Origin: Pecten maximus
Lineage: Eukaryota
Direction: 5' to 3'
Assembly (NCBI RefSeq): GCF_902652985.1
Contig: NC_047028.1
Location: 10,416,001-10,480,000, forward strand
Length of the DNA: 64,000 bases
The translations under genes and the position numbers were made by a program. Shown here piece by piece: positions 14,279 to 21,885 of this stretch. Position 1 is the first letter of the stretch. Each line of letters opens with the position of its first letter. The notes under the pieces are model-generated. The model made no database searches. It had not been told where the DNA came from and was given only the letters and a program-made list of their open reading frames with translations.

Positions 14279-14303
14279 ATGATGATGATGATGATGATGA
14301 TGA

Positions 14304-14338
<35 letters not shown>
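14279..14338. repeat. Interrupted (GAT)n microsatellite
   Basis: Read directly from the sequence; it explains the poly-H/I/S ORFs in the track. Confidence 0.97.
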
Positions 14339-14339
<1 letters not shown>

Positions 14340-14878
14340 TGATCTTTTTTTTAAATGATGCGAATGATATTGCCATAGATTTCTCAAAGATAATATCAGT
14401 TTGGATGGAATAGTCCTATATCCTATATTCTGTATGAGACATTTTGTTTTGTAACACACATGTCATGAAGCCGCAAAAGATCTACCCGGATATGCTGCCA
14501 TTAACACTGGATTGTCAGCATCGCCGATATGAAATGGCGGTCATCAATTCAGACACACCGCTAATAACTGTATGGTCAACAATACAAAAATCGCTTTAAA
14601 GCAAGACGGATAAATGTATGGGAAACTGATTGCAACCAAGGAGACACCAATGATAAGAATCAATCTGAACTAAAGAGATGCTGTATCCTTGATACTGTGG
14701 GGGTTACGTTCACTGCCTCTCACTGCACACCTGAGCTGTCATAAACGTAACTCCTGGATTACTGATGACGTTGTTGTTGTGGATGCAGGAATATTAATTT
14801 CAAAAAATGGTTAGTACATGAAGGAAAATGGAGATATCCAGACTTCTCGAACAGCTTGCGGTGCGCTGATTAAATATA

Positions 14879-15715
14879 TGTAGCGTTCCACTCGGGTATA
14901 CACGAGACGCTATTAATAAAAGTTCGAGATGGAAGCTGACTACGGCAGGGACAACTATGACACCAGACTAAAGTTCACATAATTTTATTTACACATCTAT
15001 GAAGTTCAACATATCATACATTAGGTTCACATAAATCCCATTCAGACGTACACATGTACACTTCGCATCGAATATACACTGTTTCACATAATATCCACGG
15101 GTGATAACTTCCAGTAGTATTATGTATTCCATAGTGAGACTAACACACTTAGTACATCCCATAAAAGTGTAAGTTAAATCCAAGTATCAATATCTTATCA
15201 CAAGTTGCGTGGAGTATTTCCCAAAGTAAAACTTTATCTCCTTGTTTTCGTCACTTTCACCCCTTATATACCACTTTCATACTGCATTTTCATTGGCTAG
15301 CATCTGCTCCTCCGACCTATATTTGGCTCCTCTGTCGCTCCTCACTCACGCTGATTGGTTAAGACCTGCTCCTCTCGCTCCTCCGACCTACTTACAGCTC
15401 GCTCCTCACTCTCTCTGATTGGTTAAACACTAGTTATAAATAGGACCTGTTACTAAATTTACACGGGCCTTATGCAACCTGTCAATCAGGTTGGGCCCTA
15501 ATACACAGCTCCACGATGCTACAGAACGTAAACAACTCCTTATAAGGAAAACTAGCTCCCTGCTGCCCCGTATATACACACACATATATAGACCCTATAC
15601 ACACCCTATGTAATACATATACATAGCCCACTACTATATTACCCTAAACAATAATACAATTAAACTACATTTCTAATTTAATAAACATAAGCGTGAAATA
15701 TATTTCCACGCTACA
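14879..15715 (-). repeat. 3' LTR (837 bp)
   Basis: Matches 20826-21662 except for one substitution seen by eye (15300 G vs 21247 A). Minus-strand AATAAA at 14984-14989. Confidence 0.97.
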
Positions 15716-15727
15716 CTACCCCCAACT
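15716..15727 (-). other. Polypurine tract
   Basis: AGTTGGGGGTAG directly abuts the 3' LTR on the minus strand. Confidence 0.85.
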
Positions 15728-16193
15728 TTCTAAGTTTTGTCTCCGACAAAAGTTAAAGAGATAACAATCAAATCCTGTCTATTTCAGAAAAATGTTCAAT
15801 ATACATGTATAAGCATTGAAAACGGTTTACATTATCAACTCACTCGCACAATAATATTTCAATCACAAATGATTCAAATAAAATACAGCGTCAATCATAA
15901 TGTTATGAACACAAAACACGATGTAAATCCAGTGAGAAAATATCACAACTAGTAGAAAAATGTTCCACATGATGATAACGTAATGTTTGCTTTTATGGTT
16001 AAAGTCAATCGTTAACACAGTGTTTATCATATCCGGACCAAATATCGGAGAATGTACCGTTATCCAAATAAAGTTCATTATTCATGTACCAGAGTCGTTT
16101 AAATGGTCACACAATAAAATCCATTGAATGTCACGTTATTCAAAAGTCACAGAATGTCTTTTCAGCATCTAAAAGTCTCATTAATAAATCCAT

Positions 16194-16688
16194 TCAGACA
16201 TCGAATTTTGTGTATTGGCGCGTCCCCATATTGGCAAAATGTTGTGGTATTTCATCCAATGTCTCCCGTACCAATCCCGGAAAGTCGACGAACTCAGGGT
16301 CCACACCTTCCGAGTAACCAATGGATGTATCCCGTCGGACTTCCTGGACTCCATCTGTAAATGTGGTTGTGGTCCGAGTCATGGATATCATGATGGTTTG
16401 TGTACTGACATTGCACACAAACACATTACTGGTTCCGGTCATAGGTTCATGTTCCACCTCGTCCTCGCTGACGTCACTGTATGCTGGGGCTCGCTCTGCC
16501 GTCTGCTTTACCTCCACCTCTTCTTCGCTGACGTCACTGTACCCTAGATCTGCATGTAGTTGATCAGCCGGCCAACTACGGTCTGGACATTCCGGCATAC
16601 CATCACCAGAAAAACATTGTTCTGTTGGCATGGTACAGGTAGGCACGCTAAATGAGTTCCACAGTTCATCAATATCCCAATCATTCCT
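16194..16688 (-). CDS. Acidic 164-aa open stretch continuing the pol frame after a single TAA
   Basis: The codons after the pol stop read RNDWDIDELWNSFSVPTCTMP... and run without a stop into the 150-aa track ORF 16194..16646. Contains a duplicated YSDVSE(E/D)EVE motif and NVSTQT. Confidence 0.55.
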   Translation of the reverse strand, partial: RNDWDIDELWNSFSVPTCTMPTEQCFSGDGMPECPDRSWPADQLHADLGYSDVSEEEVEVKQTAERAPAYSDVSEDEVEHEPMTGTSNVFVCNVSTQTIMISMTRTTTTFTDGVQEVRRDTSIGYSEGVDPEFVDFPGLVRETLDEIPQHFANMGTRQYTKFDV

Positions 16689-19445
16689 TTAGTCAGAGCA
16701 GGGTTGGCGTGTGGGACCACAACAGTGATTTCTCTGGTGCCTCTTCAGGTTGCTGCCTCTGGAAAATGTTTTCCCACAGTCTTCACATACTTTCAAAGAT
16801 TTGGTGTTCTCTTCATGATTCCTTTTCTCCGGTTTCCTGTTACTATTCCGGTCACCGGAGTCCACACTAAATGTACTATCCACAGTCACATCCGGTTTGA
16901 AAAGTATCTTTATGCTTTCAATACTATCCACTTCCGGTTGATCGATTATGTCCGCTTCAGGTTTGTCTATTATTACTTCCGGAATGTCCTGTAATTTCGA
17001 CATATTCGTATCGATAGCCTCGGATTGTTCAATATCCAACGGCATTTGGCATTGTTTACACGTTGCGGCTTTATCATTAATTAATCTAGACATGGCGTCG
17101 GCGTTGCAGTGACGTTTCCCAGGCCTATGTTGTATCTTAAAATCAAATGGACTCAGTCGCTGTATCCACCTGCAAATCTGTCCATCTGGCTCCTTGAATT
17201 TGTACAGCCAAGTCAACGATCCATGATCCGTCCGTAACAAGAATTCACGTCCAATCAGATAGTGCCGGAAGTATTTCACAAAGAAAACTACGGCCAACAT
17301 CTCTTTCCGGGTCACACAATAATTACGCTCAGCTTTACTGAGAGACCTACTGGCGTACGCAATAACCACTTCCTGGCCTTCCTGGACTTGTGACAACACT
17401 GCTCCTATAGCGTAATTGCTGGCATCCGTGTCAAGTATGAATTTACCCCCGTTTACGTCTGGATAGCTCAAAATAGGAGTTGATGTTAACCGTTCCTTCA
17501 GCTCATTAAAAGCTGTAGAGTGTTCTTCCGTCCACATCCATGATTTACCTTTCTTGGTAAGGTCGTGTAGACACTTCGCTATTAATGCGAAGTTTTTAAC
17601 AAACTTCCTGTAATAGGACGCTAATCCTAGGAAAGTTCTTAACTCTGAAATGGTCTCTGGCGCTTTCATCTTCGATATTGCCTCTATTTTTGAAGGGTCA
17701 GTTCGGACGCCATCCTGTGACACCACATGCCCCAGGAACGTCACTTCTCTGCAGAAAAAGTGACACTTTTTGGCCTTCAACTTTAAATTGGCACCGTCAA
17801 GCCTTTCCAAGACTGCCGTCAAGTTGTCCAAATGTTGTCCGAAATCCTTTCCGTACACAATAATATCATCCAGATAAAGCACTGCAATGTTCCACTGTAA
17901 TCCACTCAGCGCTTTCTCTATTATTCTGGAGAAAGTGGCCGGGGCGTTGGTCAAACCAAACGCCATCACTTTATATTGGTACAATCCACCTCGTGGCGTA
18001 GCGAAGGCGGTCAGCTTTTTGTCGTCCTCGCACATAGGCACCTGATGATAAGCCATATTGAGATCCAGAGATGAAAACCATTTAGCTCCACTCAACGCGT
18101 CCAGATTGTCGTCAATACGACTAATGGGGTAGGCATCCTTAATAGTTTTCTCATTAAGTCGCCGGTAATCCACACACACTCTCCAGGAATTGTCCCGCTT
18201 TTGGACCAAACCAAGTTGTGAACTCCATGGACTCTCCGATCGCTCTATCAATCCTTGTTGTTCTAACTTGGCTATTTCTTCATCCAAGATTTTACGTTTG
18301 TATATAGGCACTCTCCGTGGTGCCTCCTTAAATGGTACGGGATCCTTTAATTTTATAGTATGCTCGCCCAACGTAGTTCTTCCCATCTTTCCCTTAGGAT
18401 CCGCAAATGTGGTCTGGTGTTTTATCAAGAACTGCCTGAACTGCGCACGTTCCTCAGAATTCAGGTTAGTACATCCACGTTCGTACATTTCCATCAAATA
18501 TTCCGGTAACATGTCATCGTGCTCGGCAATGTTATCAACGTCTGAAACCGTCCTGCCGATATCTTTCACCGGTACAAAAACAGCCATGTTGGTCTCTTTC
18601 TTCACTGTGACTGGCTCGTCACCAGGGTTAAATAATCTCGTATATAGCGATTTGTGTGAAGTATCAACAAGAACATTCGCTAAGGCTAATCCGTGAGAAT
18701 GAATAAACACTTTCTCAGGTACGAGAACTCCAACATGTGAGTTAGTTGTTCTGGTCAGTCTTGATCTCACCACCATTTCGTGTTTAGCAGGTATAGTTAC
18801 AGTGTCCATACTGACCACTCTGCTGCTTTTAAATCCGTTTTCGTTGACAGATTCATCTTTAGGTTTTCTGTCCGTGATGATAAACATCCAGTTGTCATAG
18901 TCCCATTGACATTTAAATTGAGTTATGAAGTCCTGGCCCAATAAATTTGTTTTAATATTGGCCACAAAAACTCTAAAGTTTACACTAATATCTCCAAAAG
19001 TCAAACACATAATAGTAGTCCCTAACACCGACAACTCGTTTCCATCGGCTGTCTCGAACTTGGAACGAGCAGGCTCCAATATAGGACGATCCTTTCCATA
19101 AATGCTATAGTAGGTATCTTCGGTGATAAAAGTCCGTCTCGCTCCGGTGTCGACTTTCCAGATTAAAGGCGTACCTTCCACCATACCACGCACTTTCATA
19201 GCAGCATCGCACTTCACTCTCACTTCGAGTAAGTTATTAATCTCTCCCTGTCTGCAGTTTCCCGCGGAAGAAATAGCACTACAAAACTCTGTTTCTGTAT
19301 CCCTGTTTTCGGCGTCACTTAGTACAATTTCTTTTTGTCTCAAGGTTCCGCTGGGTACAGTTGAATTTTGTTTCACTCCTGTATTAGGCCTCTGTTCCTG
19401 CTCGGCGGGCGCATGGCCTACTGCTCCAGCCGGGACTCGTTTAAC
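16689..19445 (-). CDS. pol: Pol in the -1 frame relative to gag: aspartic protease, reverse transcriptase, RNase H, C-terminal C2H2 zinc finger; no integrase
   Basis: VDTGA (protease); RVCVDYRRLN, LDLNMAYHQV and YLDD (RT); DTDAS, KEMLAVV, TDH and NADAMSR (RNase H); CEDCGKTFSRGSNLKRHQRNH. The frame is open from just after a TGA at 19454-19452. The track start (GTG at 19376) is probably not a real initiation site. Confidence 0.93.
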   Translation of the reverse strand, partial: VKRVPAGAVGHAPAEQEQRPNTGVKQNSTVPSGTLRQKEIVLSDAENRDTETEFCSAISSAGNCRQGEINNLLEVRVKCDAAMKVRGMVEGTPLIWKVDTGARRTFITEDTYYSIYGKDRPILEPARSKFETADGNELSVLGTTIMCLTFGDISVNFRVFVANIKTNLLGQDFITQFKCQWDYDNWMFIITDRKPKDESVNENGFKSSRVVSMDTVTIPAKHEMVVRSRLTRTTNSHVGVLVPEKVFIHSHGLALANVLVDTSHKSLYTRLFNPGDEPVTVKKETNMAVFVPVKDIGRTVSDVDNIAEHDDMLPEYLMEMYERGCTNLNSEERAQFRQFLIKHQTTFADPKGKMGRTTLGEHTIKLKDPVPFKEAPRRVPIYKRKILDEEIAKLEQQGLIERSESPWSSQLGLVQKRDNSWRVCVDYRRLNEKTIKDAYPISRIDDNLDALSGAKWFSSLDLNMAYHQVPMCEDDKKLTAFATPRGGLYQYKVMAFGLTNAPATFSRIIEKALSGLQWNIAVLYLDDIIVYGKDFGQHLDNLTAVLERLDGANLKLKAKKCHFFCREVTFLGHVVSQDGVRTDPSKIEAISKMKAPETISELRTFLGLASYYRKFVKNFALIAKCLHDLTKKGKSWMWTEEHSTAFNELKERLTSTPILSYPDVNGGKFILDTDASNYAIGAVLSQVQEGQEVVIAYASRSLSKAERNYCVTRKEMLAVVFFVKYFRHYLIGREFLLRTDHGSLTWLYKFKEPDGQICRWIQRLSPFDFKIQHRPGKRHCNADAMSRLINDKAATCKQCQMPLDIEQSEAIDTNMSKLQDIPEVIIDKPEADIIDQPEVDSIESIKILFKPDVTVDSTFSVDSGDRNSNRKPEKRNHEENTKSLKVCEDCGKTFSRGSNLKRHQRNHCCGPTRQPCSD
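19385..19445 (-). promoter_or_regulatory. Predicted programmed -1 ribosomal frameshift signal (G_UUA_AAC plus H-type pseudoknot)
   Basis: Heptamer at 19445-19439 in gag codon register; 6-nt spacer; stem 1 pairs 19432-19422 with 19413-19403; loop UAGGCC pairs with GGCCUA at 19390-19385. Confidence 0.75.
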
Positions 19446-20725
19446 GACAGTTCATTTGTTTGATTGGAGGTCGAATTTCTCTTAACATCCGGGCACTTAT
19501 TTCTCAGATGTTCTTCACTACCACACTCAAAGCACTTCAGTGGTTTCGGCGGTTTGGTGGTACGTTTCCCGGTACTTCCGTTTCCGGGTTGCTTGGCTGA
19601 CGACATAATTTGCACATTGTACACTGAGCGCTTCTGGTCCTTAGCGTTCCGTTTTTCTCCCAACAGAATACATTCCTCCTGCATGGCAAATGTCACCGCC
19701 TCCTGTAATGTCTTGGGGCGCATGCGTTTAACCGCTAAACGGAAATTATCGGAAGAATGACAGTTATTAAGGAAAGTTTTTAAACTGCTCTCCTCCACAT
19801 ATTCTCTGTTGTTGGGGTATGCTCGTCTGTACAAGTCTTCCATAGTCTGTGCGAAATCTCTGTACGATTCGTCTGTTTTCCGTTTCCTTAATTTAGCCTC
19901 CGCTACATAACTTTCTTTCATGGATCTGTGTCCAAACCGGTCGTCCATTTTATTCTTTAATGTATCCCAGTCCTGCTTAACGGTATTATTCAGACCGTAA
20001 GCATACACCTCGGCTTGACCACGCAGTACAGTGAAAAATATACGCAAAGTCCGGGCAGGTGTCCAGCCATTCAGGTCAGCTACATTTTCGAAATACCGGA
20101 TATATTCACTCCATATATCTTTACCGGTACCACTGAATGTCCGCTTCAACGGAACTTGCTGACCCCTTAAACTGATATCGTTCCGGGTGGACTGCTCTCC
20201 ATATTCACGACTGGGCGTCTCCAATACATCTAATCCCTGAGACATATTTTGCACCATGTCTATCATCATGGGATTCCGTAACAACTTCACTATGAGCGAA
20301 AATGTGATTAACAGGAGTATCACAAGAGTTCCCAAAACTATAAACTCCTTAGTGAAACAGACGATGACGTGGTTGGGGTATCTGTGGTACAGAATACCAA
20401 CACAACTTCCCAAACACACCAACACAAGAATCCATTTCAAAATAAATCCTTTGTATTGATTCCCCGTTATGCGTGAATTAGTGGTTCTCGCCTGTGAAGT
20501 AGTCTCACATCCATAACTACTCCCCGGAGTCCTTTGCCCCACATGCGGAATATCGTTCACATCCGGTGTATCCACATCTGGACTTCTTAAAGTCCGAGCC
20601 GGGCTACTTGACCCATCGCTATTCCCGACTTCACTCTCATCGAAATCAAAACTTAAATTTCGACGCACACGCGGTGAAGTAAGCCCACGCTGAGATGGTC
20701 TCCTTGGTGTGTCCGGAATATCCAT
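19418..20725 (-). CDS. gag: Gag, 435 aa: disordered N-terminus, two predicted transmembrane helices, Gypsy capsid domain, CCHC zinc knuckle
   Basis: Capsid-type motif FSGTGKDIWSEYIRYFENVADLNGW...LRGQA...RFG; knuckle CFECGSEEHLRNKC (CX2CX4HX4C); hydrophobic runs at about aa 93-113 and 128-149. Confidence 0.93.
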   Translation of the reverse strand: MDIPDTPRRPSQRGLTSPRVRRNLSFDFDESEVGNSDGSSSPARTLRSPDVDTPDVNDIPHVGQRTPGSSYGCETTSQARTTNSRITGNQYKGFILKWILVLVCLGSCVGILYHRYPNHVIVCFTKEFIVLGTLVILLLITFSLIVKLLRNPMMIDMVQNMSQGLDVLETPSREYGEQSTRNDISLRGQQVPLKRTFSGTGKDIWSEYIRYFENVADLNGWTPARTLRIFFTVLRGQAEVYAYGLNNTVKQDWDTLKNKMDDRFGHRSMKESYVAEAKLRKRKTDESYRDFAQTMEDLYRRAYPNNREYVEESSLKTFLNNCHSSDNFRLAVKRMRPKTLQEAVTFAMQEECILLGEKRNAKDQKRSVYNVQIMSSAKQPGNGSTGKRTTKPPKPLKCFECGSEEHLRNKCPDVKRNSTSNQTNELSLNESRLEQ

Positions 20726-20805
20726 TGTCGAAAATTATCACAGATGTAAAATCCAAATAGTCTTATAATGTGAAAGTCCAGCTACCGTAGTCATAAAACA
20801 TTCCA

Positions 20806-20823
20806 TCCCCATCGCTGCCACCA
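20806..20823 (-). other. Primer binding site, probably tRNA-Leu
   Basis: TGGTGGCAGCGATGGGGA lies 2 nt inside the 5' LTR and is near-complementary to the metazoan tRNA-Leu(AAG/UAG) 3' end ...AUCCCACCGCUGCCACCA. Confidence 0.85.
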
Positions 20824-20825
20824 AT

Positions 20826-21662
20826 TGTAGCGTTCCACTCGGGTATACACGAGACGCTATTAATAAAAGTTCGAGATGGAAGCTGACTACGGCAGGGACA
20901 ACTATGACACCAGACTAAAGTTCACATAATTTTATTTACACATCTATGAAGTTCAACATATCATACATTAGGTTCACATAAATCCCATTCAGACGTACAC
21001 ATGTACACTTCGCATCGAATATACACTGTTTCACATAATATCCACGGGTGATAACTTCCAGTAGTATTATGTATTCCATAGTGAGACTAACACACTTAGT
21101 ACATCCCATAAAAGTGTAAGTTAAATCCAAGTATCAATATCTTATCACAAGTTGCGTGGAGTATTTCCCAAAGTAAAACTTTATCTCCTTGTTTTCGTCA
21201 CTTTCACCCCTTATATACCACTTTCATACTGCATTTTCATTGGCTAACATCTGCTCCTCCGACCTATATTTGGCTCCTCTGTCGCTCCTCACTCACGCTG
21301 ATTGGTTAAGACCTGCTCCTCTCGCTCCTCCGACCTACTTACAGCTCGCTCCTCACTCTCTCTGATTGGTTAAACACTAGTTATAAATAGGACCTGTTAC
21401 TAAATTTACACGGGCCTTATGCAACCTGTCAATCAGGTTGGGCCCTAATACACAGCTCCACGATGCTACAGAACGTAAACAACTCCTTATAAGGAAAACT
21501 AGCTCCCTGCTGCCCCGTATATACACACACATATATAGACCCTATACACACCCTATGTAATACATATACATAGCCCACTACTATATTACCCTAAACAATA
21601 ATACAATTAAACTACATTTCTAATTTAATAAACATAAGCGTGAAATATATTTCCACGCTACA
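20826..21662 (-). repeat. 5' LTR (837 bp) with U3 promoter elements
   Basis: Minus-strand TATATAA at 21217-21211, preceded by three CCAAT boxes (ATTGG on plus near 21239, 21301 and 21365). Confidence 0.97.
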
Positions 21663-21885
21663 TATACAACACGAACGATACAGATCTGTACACCGTTTAC
21701 CTGTCAGTATTGTAACAGAGAACGACACGTAGATTACACAGTTTCATGTTTCGATATTAGGATGAGAGAATATCAAAGTCGATATATTCATGACATGCAG
21801 CATTACCAGACACGCATGCGTAATGATGGAAAGACATCAAGACAGCAGTTATATAATAAGCGGGTAGATAATATTCCACAGAAAC

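Larger units (their letters stand above)
14879..21662 (-). mobile_element. Ty3/Gypsy LTR retrotransposon with two LTRs, recent insertion, lacking integrase
   Basis: Two 837-bp TG...CA LTRs with 8-bp terminal inverted repeats (TGTAGCGT/ACGCTACA); 4-bp TSD TATA (14875-14878 and 21663-21666); PBS and PPT; gag and pol in PR-RT-RH order. Confidence 0.97.

Noticed and set aside
14122-14459. Poly-His/Ile/Ser ORFs
   Set aside because: They are translations of the (GAT)n microsatellite.
14989-15183. Identical 64-aa ORF in both LTRs (also 20936..21130) as a possible accessory or fusogen peptide
   Set aside because: It has a TTG start and no convincing TM segment or motif; the duplication merely reflects LTR identity.
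16469-16536. Two perfect CRE palindromes (TGACGTCA) 60 bp apart in the retrotransposon
   Set aside because: Both are explained by the duplicated S-D-V-S codons; there is no independent evidence of regulatory use.
16194-16688. Third ORF as an env gene
   Set aside because: It has no signal peptide, furin site or transmembrane anchor; it is acidic and hydrophilic.
17678-20459. Plus-strand ORFs antisense to gag and pol
   Set aside because: They are shadow frames of the real coding strand with no recognisable domains.
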